Shown here piece after piece: positions 23,613 through 34,700 of a DNA stretch of 64,000 nt; position 1 is the stretch's first letter; each line of letters starts with the position of its first letter. The position numbers were made by a program, and so were the translations under genes. The DNA comes from Minutocellus sp. GHC0000111 (Eukaryota), in assembly GCA_977018835.1 (NCBI GenBank), contig OZ361258.1:124001-188000 (forward strand), given 5' to 3'. Under the pieces are notes generated by a model that searched no databases, was not told where the DNA came from, and saw nothing but the letters and a program-made list of their open reading frames with translations.

Positions 23613-26303
23613 GTGAAGAACATCGACGAACACGAAGAGCCAGAAAGCGAAGCCGAACCCCCGAGTGATGGGATCGTATCAAACCAAGAAATAGTACACA
23701 ACGACGACCCTCAACACAACGATGCAGATATCGAGGACGTGGACCACCTGCACGAGGACGTGGGCGATCACATGGACGACCACCACTTCGAAGGTGATGG
23801 GCATGACCACGCTTCACTACTAACGCGAACTCAGGCTTCTTCGAAAGGATACGACGTTGACGCCGGCAAGGATCCAATTTGTTGGCTCACCGCTGGTACG
23901 ACTTCTCCCACTCTCGGCACGTCTGATGTATCGCACTATCCCTACGTATGGCACACATCCTTTGCCGATGATTTTTACGCCGAAGAAACGGCCATTATGC
24001 AAAGGTGCTTCGATGGATTTGATCTGGAGATCCTGGCCCCGCCTCTTGAAGAGCGGGAAGAGTTTGGAAGGTTGTACACCAATACAGAATACACATTCCG
24101 AGTCCGTGGAAGACTAGATGTCTCGGAGATTCAAAGACTGATGGTGAATGAAAATATCAGTGTCTATGGCGAGGGTAGAGATCCTGCCACGGGGGCGTTG
24201 ATCGTCAGTCCTCGAGTTTCGGTCGAAATCATTTTTTGTCGTCTACGAACCGTTGGAGGAGGTCTTTGCAGTCCATTTGTTTACCAGCATGACATCCACG
24301 GCGACTCCCATGTGGAGGAGAACGATGGGAGGATACACGACCATGGAATGGAATCGCACGGCGATTCTCACGATGGTGGAGAAGAAGAGGATGAGGATCA
24401 CCACGAGCACGAATCAGCGCCGGAAGATGATGAAGATCACCATGAAGCAGAATATGAGGAAGAGGAAGGAGAGGAAGGCCAAGACCATCACGACGAGGAG
24501 GGGCATGCTGAGGCTCACCAACGTCCTGAAGATTTAGGTGATGGAGGCCACCACCATCCTGATGAAGAAGATGCACACAGCGAAGACGACCACGCATTCC
24601 TGCAGTCGGAAGTTATTGTGTTCGACATTCCATCAAATCAAAATACCATCGATATCAATGCTGACATACCCTTTTCAATGGCCGAGGACGAAACAGTCTT
24701 TGCAATTGCTACCGTCCGCACCTTGCTTTCTCCCGGAGGCTCCTCTGTGGTTTACAAATTCGATGCCAGTAATATTGTGGTTGAGCGGGCCCTACAATAT
24801 GAGAACCCACCACAAATCAATACGATATCACGAGGCACGCTCGGCTTTTCGTACGCTCTCATTGGAGTCGTCGGTATTGTCATATCTACACTTCTTTTTC
24901 TTGTGGTCAAACATCGAAAGCACAAAGTATTTCTGCTCAGTCAAGGGAGCTTCCTTTTGGTTTTCCTGGTGAGCGGTCTCGTTGCTACTGCCGCATCGTT
25001 CCTTCTTAACCCCAAAACTGATTTGTACTGCCAGCTTTACAGCCCGCTGATCATGATTCCACTCCAGCTAATGGTGGCTGTGGTGATATGTCTGTGGCGG
25101 ATTTATACCCTCATGAGACCCTTGATGCAATGGGCTGACAATCATCAAAAGATCTTATCGGCACGAGGCGCAAGAAGAGCAGCCAGGCGATGGCTACCAA
25201 AATTCGACAGCACTTCTGGAAATTCGTCATCTTCCCAGGCAGGCAGTAGTGAGGGAAAGTCTACAGTGTCAAAACGAGGTAAAGGACAAAACAGTGCAAC
25301 TTCGCTGCGGAGAAAAGTCACCGCAAAGCACCTGTCGATGTACGTATTTCTCATCACATTACCTCAAATTGTGGTGCAGTGCTTGATTGGTACAATATCT
25401 CCGATGACCTCAGAGATTTACTGGAACGATGATATGTCTGTTGGTCGACCACGCTGCCGGTCCAGTATTGGAGTCTTCAATTGGCTCCCATATTTGGTAT
25501 TCTTCGTCTCCGTTCTCTTTCTTTTGGCAGTGGCATTTAGAACACGTAACCTTCCATCGCTCTTCAATGAAGCTGGGTCGATGTTCAGCTCGGTCGCCAT
25601 TACTGTCTGCGTTGCTGCTATTGGAATTGCACTCATCTTGTCCACTCATACTCCCACCTCAAGTCCGGACGTTGGCTATCTTGTTTCGGTTGTCATTGTT
25701 CTTGTGTTCACTGGGCAACTATCTTGGAGATGTGTTTATCCCAAGCTTCAGCTTGTGTGGTCAGGAGAGGCAATCGTCGTTAGTAAGCTCTTTCAGTCGA
25801 AAAAGAGTTTGGGCCCAGAGACATCCGCCTCGGCATTCAACAATGGCGGTAGGACTGCCGTTCCCTCAAAGGTTGGAGTAGAGCCGACAAGCCTCGCTGG
25901 GCCGCAATCGCAGGCTTCCAACGCTCGTCTACCAAATACATCAACCATCACATTTGACGAGGCTGCTCATCATCCCGAGGTGGTTTCGTGTGAGAATGAG
26001 AACGGACATGACCAAGAACGACGCCGCCATGTTGCCTTTTCTTCTACGGCCACGGATATTACACACGAATCTATTCACATAAGTGAAGAGGGTCTACCTC
26101 CAAAAGAACTTACAATGATGATGCTTCAGTTATCGCAGCAAATAAGCAAGAACAATAGTCGCACGCTCAGCGGCATGCGAGTCAGCCGAGGCGAATGGCA
26201 GGAGATGAAGGATGCAATTGTGAGAATGGGTAACATCTTTGACCATGATGTGAAATTTGATTGGGATGGTGTGGAACAGACGCCAGATGAGAAGAATGCG
26301 TAG
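23613..26303 (+). CDS. Class C (7tm_3, GABA-B-like) GPCR with His/Asp/Glu-rich ectodomain; 5' end disrupted by the transposon (original ATG probably 19730)
   Basis: Seven hydrophobic segments; KHRKHKVFLLSQGSFL, LWRIY, TRNLPSLFNEA and YPKLQLV motifs; His-acidic tracts in the N-terminal part. Confidence 0.8.
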   Translation: MKNIDEHEEPESEAEPPSDGIVSNQEIVHNDDPQHNDADIEDVDHLHEDVGDHMDDHHFEGDGHDHASLLTRTQASSKGYDVDAGKDPICWLTAGTTSPTLGTSDVSHYPYVWHTSFADDFYAEETAIMQRCFDGFDLEILAPPLEEREEFGRLYTNTEYTFRVRGRLDVSEIQRLMVNENISVYGEGRDPATGALIVSPRVSVEIIFCRLRTVGGGLCSPFVYQHDIHGDSHVEENDGRIHDHGMESHGDSHDGGEEEDEDHHEHESAPEDDEDHHEAEYEEEEGEEGQDHHDEEGHAEAHQRPEDLGDGGHHHPDEEDAHSEDDHAFLQSEVIVFDIPSNQNTIDINADIPFSMAEDETVFAIATVRTLLSPGGSSVVYKFDASNIVVERALQYENPPQINTISRGTLGFSYALIGVVGIVISTLLFLVVKHRKHKVFLLSQGSFLLVFLVSGLVATAASFLLNPKTDLYCQLYSPLIMIPLQLMVAVVICLWRIYTLMRPLMQWADNHQKILSARGARRAARRWLPKFDSTSGNSSSSQAGSSEGKSTVSKRGKGQNSATSLRRKVTAKHLSMYVFLITLPQIVVQCLIGTISPMTSEIYWNDDMSVGRPRCRSSIGVFNWLPYLVFFVSVLFLLAVAFRTRNLPSLFNEAGSMFSSVAITVCVAAIGIALILSTHTPTSSPDVGYLVSVVIVLVFTGQLSWRCVYPKLQLVWSGEAIVVSKLFQSKKSLGPETSASAFNNGGRTAVPSKVGVEPTSLAGPQSQASNARLPNTSTITFDEAAHHPEVVSCENENGHDQERRRHVAFSSTATDITHESIHISEEGLPPKELTMMMLQLSQQISKNNSRTLSGMRVSRGEWQEMKDAIVRMGNIFDHDVKFDWDGVEQTPDEKNA

Positions 26304-26572
26304 ATGCATTGTAGATGTGTAGTGTGGTGTGTACATAAGAAAAGTATCATTAGAGAACATTCCATGCATTTCCATTTGCATCGCAGATGACCGGCATCGC
26401 TAAGGTCGGCTTACCCTCAGAGACTCTTTTGCGGTACGCTCCTACTACGTAGCTAGCTAGACTAGCGAGGTAATAAAAGCTATCGCTCTATTCTTTGATA
26501 TTCCACGTTCGTACATTAAGTCCTTCGACATAGCTACTAGACTAGCACATGTGCCGCCAATCAAATTCACCC

Positions 26573-27193
26573 TTACATAATCACGCATCTCCTTCTTTTC
26601 GGCGTGCAACTGATAGCCTCTGTATCAATGATTAGCTCGGGTCCTGGCTCGCCTTTTGATCCATCGGACGCTATGGCCAACAATCGAAAGCAATATGTCG
26701 TACCAGGCTCTAGTTCCTCAATGGCTACTTGCACACTCGTACCTTTCAACAAGTCCTTTCCAATAGCTTTCGCCCTTTGCTGTTCCCATGTTTGCTGGTA
26801 CACTTTATAACACATCTCATACGAATCCGATGAATCGTCTGGGGAAAACTCCAACTCGACGATTGTCTGCGCGTGTAGTGTTTGGTAGTAGCGAGATGGC
26901 AAGGAGAGATGTGAGTCGGAAAGGCAGCCCCGAGCGCAACGTTGCCAAGCAAATGAATGCGGAATGGATCACCAGCCGATCAATGTATCCGTCGAATTCC
27001 GGAATGAGTTTTTAATGCCGACCAACACCCATCACCCATCACGTTGCCCAGAGGACACCGTCGAATTCCGGAATGAGTTTTTAATGCCGACCAACACCCA
27101 TCACCCATCACGTTGCCCAGAGGACACCGGCAGCCGTAGGCTCACCTCTTCCGCTGAAATAAAGTTCAGCCTCGGGCCGATGGGAGGAGACAT
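26573..27193 (-). CDS. Small fibronectin type III protein with C-terminal CaaX box (113 aa); exons 27193-27146 and 26866-26573
   Basis: Spliced MSPPIGPRLNFISAEE|TIVELEF..YEMCYK..IEELEPGTTYCFRL..CTPKRRRCVIM*; GTGAG..CAG intron 27145-26867. Confidence 0.85.
26989..27129. repeat. Perfect 69-bp tandem duplication inside the FN3 gene intron
   Basis: 26989-27057 is identical to 27058-27126, with CCG microhomology at the ends. Confidence 0.95.
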
Positions 27194-27239
27194 CAAAAAA
27201 CTGGTGAAGTGCTGTTGGAAAGAAAGACGTTAGTAGTGG

Positions 27240-27445
27240 CCGCGTAGTACTTTCCTACCACTACTTGCGTACCTAGGTACTGGCAACACTCGTTCACAGT
27301 ACCTAGCCTAGGTACCATACCTAGGTACCTAGCCTAGCCTAGGTACCATGCCATGCATGGCCGGTAGAGGTCATTTTAAGAGTGAGTTGAGTCGAGTGAG
27401 TCGAGTCAGTCATGTCGTAGAGTGAGTCGAGTCAGTCGAGTCGCC
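27240..27445. repeat. Palindromic TACCTAGGTAC/CTAGCCTAGG cluster followed by degenerate (GAGTC)n in a divergent promoter region
   Basis: Directly visible repeats between the FN3 and Cache-like genes. Confidence 0.8.
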
Positions 27446-27569
27446 GGATCTTTGTTTTGGCTCCAGATCTACTGCAGTTTTTTCCGCCGAGGCTAGCACT
27501 TGCTTTCCTGGAAGTGTACCTCTAGCTAGGTACATGTATCAACTGCGAACCACCGCACCATAACTCACC

Positions 27570-28087
27570 ATGAAGATCACCATAAAACTCTTCGTCTCCA
27601 TCCTTGCGCTTTGCTCCATTTTTTAAATGGCGTGGGCGCCACGGGCAGCTACCATGACAAACCCATGAAAGCGCCCGGCAAGGTCCAGGCAGCCTTCAAC
27701 ATGGTTGACGCCGATGCTATCGTCTCAAAAGCCATCAAGAAGTATTCCGAGGGCGGAGTGGACGCCGTTAATCAAATCCCCTGTGCAGACCAAGCCACAT
27801 CACACTACCTCTTTTGTGGTGAAATATCTAGTGATGGCAAGCGGCGTCTGGAAACTTTGAACGCCGACCCGGACTTTCAGGGTCGCACTGATAAGATCAA
27901 GGACTCTCCCAGTACCAGCCGTATCGTGGATGCTTTGAACGAGTGTGAGGAACGCGAGACAGGAGATAGGGTGCTAGTGACGTATCCCATCAGCGGAAAG
28001 ACGAAGACTTCCATCGTCATGGATGGGAAGTATAAGAAAAAGCATTTCTATTGTGGAATGGGTGAGTCTGAAGTCGAATGGTTTTGA
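27570..28087 (+). pseudogene. Small secreted single-Cache-domain-like protein; -1 frameshift in T6 at 27619-27624
   Basis: ATG 27570 gives the signal peptide MKITIKLFVSILALCSIF, then TAA. One extra T joins it to ORF 27611..28087 (AIVSKAIKKYSEGG..YLFC..PDFQG..IKDS..YPISGKTKTSIV..FYCGMG), which resembles sCache_2. Confidence 0.55.
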
Positions 28088-28493
28088 GCAAGTTGCAATG
28101 TAATACATGTAGTGTGTTTCTTCGCGTAAAGATCCTCCTGATTTTCGTTTTAAAATTGAAAAATTCTTTTATCACTCAATACAACAGGCGTTTGGTTGGA
28201 AGAAGAATGAAGGGCTACGGCTTCAATTGAGCCCCTGATTTTCACTACACGTCAACATTCAACAAACAAATTTCAACAAATAAAAATCTACCCTGGTAGT
28301 GAGAGATGAATGAAGAGACTACCCCCAAAATATGATCACATGTAGTATTCTAGCAAGCTAACGAGCTACCTAGATGGTGGCTGTACTATCGCACAGTGTC
28401 TTAGCGTTTCCTTCGCCGTTTTGGCCATAAAGGTAATGATATGTCATGTGTATGCGCAGCGTGAGCTGTCATTTTATTGATTCTATATTGATA

Positions 28494-29768
28494 CTATAGA
28501 CGAGTCATGCCATTGACAAAATCACCAAGCGAATCGAGCAATCCGAAACCCTTTTGCTTTTCAGGATCATTCATCATGCCATTTTCAATGTCGTAGATAT
28601 CCTCCACCTCGGGATTGCTTGGCAGTCGGTCCATGCTCTTGATCAAGCGGTATCCATCCGACTCATTCTCATCCTCCTGCCAAACAGTAAATTGACGGGG
28701 CCAAACTCGAGTCAGGGCTCCCCACTGCAACGTTCGGAGGTAGTATGTAGGCTGAAGCGGATCAATCAATCGTTCGCGAAGCATTCTACCAGCCATACCA
28801 AACCCAGTTACGCCCATATCAACAAGTAAGGGATTGACAAAGACCGAAAGCAGCAGCTTGTCGGCACCCTCCGCTTCGTGTTTGTATAGAATTTCCTCAA
28901 CGCTCTCGGCCTCCGAGGCACGGGGACAAACGAAGAAGATGAGCATGTCGTCCGATATGTCCTGCATCTGCACACCGCCGCAGGAGGAGAATTCGACACA
29001 CGGAGGGACGAGGTTCTTTTCTGGATTAGGGTCATTGAGGCCCCAATCTCTCCGTGCCAAGGCCGCGCTGCCCTCGTCGGGAAAGTACACTCGTACCTTG
29101 GGACCGGTCCATGCCGGTTTGGTAGGATCGCGTCCACCAGTCGCGACAATTTCCATCAACTCCTTCTTCTTGGCCAAGAGCTCGGCTTCCGGGCTGCCCT
29201 CCTCGTGTCCCTCCTTCTCCTCCTCACCATCGGCTCCACTTTCCTCCTCATTGTCCGCCAACAGGGCACCGTGCTCTGCCATCAATGCCTGCAACTCCGC
29301 CTTGGCCGAAGCGATGGCCATCATCTCCTTCTGGCGCATGTCCATCAGGCCCGGGACGGTGGCGTAGCATAGAGCGCTGACGAACTTCTGCATGAACTCC
29401 GTGCTGCTCTTGAGAGTTGTATACGTTTCATCACCGATGGACGTGTCAAAGTCCACCCGGCAGCGGGAGGCGGGGCCAGACTGAGCCGCGAACGATGCAC
29501 AGGATTCTGCAGCTATTTGGGCGGCATCGTCCAGCGAATCGGGAAGCTCGGTCGGCTGGCCAATCGCCGCGTCGATGGGGGAGGCCGACATGGACAGAGC
29601 CGAAGAAGCAGCATGTGTTGTGCCGGACGATGATGATGCAGTGGTGTGGGTGGGGAAAGATACCGACTGCCGTGGTGAAGATACGAAACTACTAGTAAAT
29701 CCAAGAGTCAATGAAGGCAGCAGCAGAAGTGCCGCTGCCGCTGCTTGGGTGCCTGATAATCTCGTCAT
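28494..29768 (-). CDS. Plastid-targeted DUF1995 family protein
   Basis: TLG-F targeting motif; [46 protein letters not shown] and GALTRVWP. Confidence 0.8.
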   Translation of the reverse strand: MTRLSGTQAAAAALLLLPSLTLGFTSSFVSSPRQSVSFPTHTTASSSSGTTHAASSALSMSASPIDAAIGQPTELPDSLDDAAQIAAESCASFAAQSGPASRCRVDFDTSIGDETYTTLKSSTEFMQKFVSALCYATVPGLMDMRQKEMMAIASAKAELQALMAEHGALLADNEEESGADGEEEKEGHEEGSPEAELLAKKKELMEIVATGGRDPTKPAWTGPKVRVYFPDEGSAALARRDWGLNDPNPEKNLVPPCVEFSSCGGVQMQDISDDMLIFFVCPRASEAESVEEILYKHEAEGADKLLLSVFVNPLLVDMGVTGFGMAGRMLRERLIDPLQPTYYLRTLQWGALTRVWPRQFTVWQEDENESDGYRLIKSMDRLPSNPEVEDIYDIENGMMNDPEKQKGFGLLDSLGDFVNGMTRL

Positions 29769-30005
29769 GGTGGATGTTGTTGCAGCAGCTGACTGTTGAA
29801 CGAAAATGAACACCGAACTTCAAGGAAGGTCGAGCCGGGCGGGTTAGGAGTTTGATCCCGCGCGACCACATACATGCGTGCGATTCAGCCGGTCGTCAGC
29901 CAGCCTCGTCGCCTCGTCAGCAATGTTCCTTCATAATCTCATGTCCTAAGACCAAAGAGGAATTCCAACACTCCCACCAGCCAAGTTAGTAGACACCAGC
30001 CAAAC

Positions 30006-31106
30006 ATGACGCGTCGACGAGCGGCCATCCTTGTTCTCTGTGCAGTTACTGCATCTAGTAGTAGTACCACCTGCTGCGAGGCATTCAGCGCCGTGCCGCC
30101 ATCGTCATCGGCACCGACCATCAAGACGCCGGTCGTCATTTGTCCTGGTTTCGGCAATGATAGCATTGACTATGAGGCACCCCTCTCGCAGCCGCGGGAG
30201 GTGGGTTTCATATCAGCCCTTGAGAGGCGTGGCTTCGATCCTGAGGCTATTTACACCGTCCCCGTGAAGCGAGGCGATTGGATCAGAGTAGCAGGTGGAC
30301 TATTCGACCTGGGATTCTACACCAACAAGGCTCTGCCAACGGGCAAGGGATATGGATGGTACATCCGTCGGCTGAAGCAGTGCGTTGATGAGGCCTGCGA
30401 GGCCAGCGGCGGGGAGAAGGTCCTGCTGATTGGTCACAGCGCCGGGGGATGGTTGGCGCGAGCGGCCATGGGCGATGGCACATGGGCCGATGCCGACGCC
30501 GAGGAGGGTGGCGAAATACGCACGGCAGATCGAGTCCGATGCCTGGCGACGATTGGAGCCATCCATCGTCCACCGCAAGATGTTGGGACGTGCGTAACTC
30601 GAGGTGCACTGGCATACACCGACGAGATGTACCCTGGCGCCTACTTGAAGAATGAAGGTGTGGGCTACGTGAGTGTGGGAGGCGATGCAATTGTGGGAAA
30701 CAATGCCAAGGACATGCCCGTTGAGCCGACCGATGCTGATCAGGCATACGCTGTGAGGGGTGAGGGCAATGCGCAACGAGTTGCCTTCACAAGCTACGAA
30801 GCAGTCTGTGGACAGGGTGAGGTGACCGGTGATGGGGTGGTTCCTTTGGAGTGTTCGATACTGGCTGGCAATGACGATGGCACTGGTGATGGAGCAGTTC
30901 ACCTATCACTTGAGAATGTGCTGCATTCCATCAATGAGGCCGGCACAACGATTCCTACTGATCGCTGGTATGGGGCCGAAGATGTTGTAGATAGGTGGCT
31001 CCCTGCCGTGTTGGAGGAGGCGGGCATTGCAGAGAGCAGCAAGAATGGAGGAGGAGGAGGTTTTGCAATTGCCGATGGATTGGCGAAGCTCTTTCAGTTT
31101 CAATAA
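30006..31106 (+). CDS. Plastid-targeted alpha/beta hydrolase (lipase/PGAP1-like)
   Basis: CEA-F motif, VVICPGFGN, LIGHSAGGWLAR nucleophile elbow, GDGVVP and WYG. Confidence 0.85.
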   Translation: MTRRRAAILVLCAVTASSSSTTCCEAFSAVPPSSSAPTIKTPVVICPGFGNDSIDYEAPLSQPREVGFISALERRGFDPEAIYTVPVKRGDWIRVAGGLFDLGFYTNKALPTGKGYGWYIRRLKQCVDEACEASGGEKVLLIGHSAGGWLARAAMGDGTWADADAEEGGEIRTADRVRCLATIGAIHRPPQDVGTCVTRGALAYTDEMYPGAYLKNEGVGYVSVGGDAIVGNNAKDMPVEPTDADQAYAVRGEGNAQRVAFTSYEAVCGQGEVTGDGVVPLECSILAGNDDGTGDGAVHLSLENVLHSINEAGTTIPTDRWYGAEDVVDRWLPAVLEEAGIAESSKNGGGGGFAIADGLAKLFQFQ

Positions 31107-31758
31107 TTTTTTAATTACATTTAGCGTGTTAGAGTGTAGATCCACATGCAATACATGCTATGTTTGCTACTATCTAGCTACGTGTAAAGTAGAGAGGGGG
31201 GCGCGCAATACTGTGTACCTAGGTACAGCTGTACCGGCACCACCTGCTGCTATGCCATGCCACCATGCGGTACCAAGCAAGAAACACGATGGTTTCGATA
31301 TTGCGTCATGTTTTTGACTAAAAAGTTTAGACTCGCTCGACTGCCTCGACTCGAAAAGTAGAAAATACGCTCGTAACTTTTTGGCGATGTTCCAAACAGG
31401 TCTTGCCCGAGGACCAATGAGGACCAATGAGCGATCATTTTGTGGCCGCGCGGGGGCGAAGCAAGCAAGTGGACGTGACATCTTCGTTTCAATCTTGCCA
31501 ACCATCGCCTCGCCAGATCCAAACTTGGAAGCGGATTGATCTGAATTGCCTTTGTAGACTTTGATCTGTCTCGTCTTTGCGGCATTCGTATCGGCATTCC
31601 CGCCCACGTTCTGCAGTTCGGAAGGGAGGTTTCGGCGATATCGACGTGTAACAAGTTCTTGTATCATATCATTCGCTCATTCGAATTGATTATCTTTCAA
31701 CAACGGTAACGAGAACCCACCACAGGGCATTTGCAAGACCTAATACATCGTAACCAAG

Positions 31759-34700
31759 ATGCCGTGCCTACGAGCGGCATCTGCAGCTCTCTTATGTGCC
31801 ACAATCGGCACGAGATCAGCAGCATATGAATTCACCAATGCAAGCGACGACTACTTAGAAGACACCATCAAGTTCAGCCCTCTCGATGTCGAGACCTGCC
31901 GTCAGGTGGGCGAGGCATCGGCGACGATCCTGTCGTACACATCTTCCATCGGAGGACAGGCGTCGCTCGAAGTGGACTGGGGCGACGGCAGGAACCAAAC
32001 CTACTCTACCGACGCCATCAGTGGCGGTGCCTACGCGTACGATCATGCCTACCGATCGCCCGGTTTGTATGAAATCCGGGCGGTGGCCACCGTCAAGCAG
32101 CTGAGCAAGAATGGAACGACGTGGGAAAAGACCGTCACCGAAGAACTGGTTTCCACTGTGCAGGTGCGAAATGACTGCTATGGCACCGACACTGGTAATC
32201 GCGGGTTTGAAGAAACCGGAGGTGGCATTATTGGTAGTATTCTAAGTAATTGGTATGGCCAGATGATGGAGGAGGCCATCGAATTTGCCCCCATTGACGG
32301 CCGCAAGTGTTTTAGGGGTGATGTCAGCGTCGTAGATGAGGATGAAATGACCACCATTACCTTGGCCTCCATCTGGAGCGGCGATCTTACCCTTACGGTT
32401 GATTGGGGAGATGGCCTTGACAACCAGTATGAGTCGATAGTTGTTCGTGGATATCCCAAGAGCTTCAACCATGTTTGGGCGGCCCCTGGGCTGTACACCA
32501 TTGTTGCAACCGCCGAGATAAAATGGCCTACCTTGGATGGCAACGATTATGAGGTCGTTCGCGAGGAACTTGTTGCCAATGTCGAAGTAGATGGCGATTG
32601 TGCCACTGTTGATATCGACGAGGATGGATTGGAGCTGGCTGGTGGCAACGAAGGCACGATCACCGGCGACTGGTCCTTCTTTGACTTTGGATCTACCGAT
32701 GATTATCTATGCCGTAGTGCCGGAGAGAAATCGACGGCCTTGAGTCTCATGTCGATTTTTAGTGGTGAACTGACAATGGATGTAAGTCTCGTTTGGCCGC
32801 TTCTTTCCTGACTGAAAAATGATTCGATTCGCATTTGAGTTAGTTGATTTGATGATTATCCTAACACTTTGTCGTCTTTTTCTTTCAAAATACCTTCTTC
32901 CTTACTTCAAATAGGTTCAATGGGGAGACGGTAGCTCCGAGCAGTACTCTCTGAACGTCATCGCCGGAGAGACCTACAGCTTCGATCACATCTACGATCA
33001 AGCCGGAACGTATGAGATTAGGGCCACCGCCCGAGTTAGTCGTCTCAACACCCTCGGCTTTTCCTGGTCCAAGATTTCCCAGCAGCATCAAACCTGGGAT
33101 GTGGCCGAGCAGGAACTCGTCACCAGCATTGGTGTCCGTGAAGGTTGCGAGGGTATCACTGCTCGATCAGATGTCGACATCGTTGGCGACATGAACATTT
33201 GGTTTAACAACGCTGTCGCCAATGCTCTTCAGATCGATCCTCTAGTGCCTGACCTCTGCATCCATACCAATGCACAGGCACCAGTCGTTGCAGTCGCATC
33301 TCTCTCGACTGGCTTCATGAATCTTGCCATCGACTGGGGTGATGAAAAGACCCACCGAAAGGGCGTAAATCTCAAGGCAGGAACGTCTTATTCGTTTGAT
33401 CACGTGTATGAGGAGGCCGGCACTTACAATGTTGTTGCCAAGGGTTACGTACGACGTCTCAGTTCCGATCGGACAAAATGGGAGAAACTCGAAAACGAAA
33501 TGACGACCACCGTTAGAGTCCGAGACGATTGCCCATCCATCGCGCGTGGTGTCGATGGTGGCCTGAGCGACTGGTACGACAACATGATGAGTAATTCCGT
33601 CCAGTTCAGTCCTATGAACTCCGGCGCATGCCACAAGGCTGGTGACTATTCCAGTATGCTCGAGGTAGCATCTGTGTCCAGCGGTTATATGGCCCTTGTC
33701 GTTGATTGGGGCGTTGGAGACACAGTCAAGTATGGATTCAATGCTGATTCAGGAACTCCAGTAGCCATCCCATTTGCGTACAGCGAGCCAGGCACCTACC
33801 ATCTCTCGGCAACTGCCAAGATTCGTCGTCTGAGCACCAACAGTCGTAATTGGGAGGTTTATGAGGGAAATTACACATCAGAGATTATAGTCGCAGAAGA
33901 CTGTTCCGCCGATGCTTTGCTCAACACTGGCGATTCCGACAATGATAAGGACAGGGTCAATAACGATGATGAGAACACCGCAGGAACTGATCCTAATCAT
34001 CCCGATACAGACGGTGATGGAGCATCAGATGGCGAGGAGGCAATCGCTGAGTCCGATCCTCTAGATGCAACAGACACACCACCGATTCAGGACATCGACT
34101 TCGATAAAGTGAGCAATACCCTCGAAGGCATCATGGGAACAAACCCAATATCACCCGATACTGACGGTGATGGAGCAAGGTGAGTGCACACAATGTATTT
34201 TTTCGAGTTCATTGTTTTAAGGTTATTTTGCTTTACAGGCATTTTTTGCTCACCGCTCTATCTCCCCGATATTTCTCCTTTGTTTTCTTAACAGCGACTT
34301 TGAGGAGCTTCAAGCCAATGCCGATGGCAAAGACCCAACAGACACACCTTCATTCCAAGACTCTGACGGTAATGGCATAAGCGATGCAACGGAAGAAGCT
34401 CAGGAGGCTCTGCAAAATGCTCTAGACAATGTCAAAGAATCTTATGAACTATCCGATGTTACCGATGAAGATGGCGACGGTCTCAATTCAGATCTTGAAC
34501 TTTTAATAGGCAGTAATCCTACCAACCCTCATAGCGATTCCGATGGTGTCCATGACGGTGAGGAACTGGCCCACGGCAGTGATCCTACCGACCCTACGGA
34601 TGTTCCTGATCTTCCTCTCAAGGATACCGACGGTGATTCCGTGTCAGACCAGTTGGAGAAGGTCATCGGCAGCGATCCTACCAACCCTCATAGCGATTCC

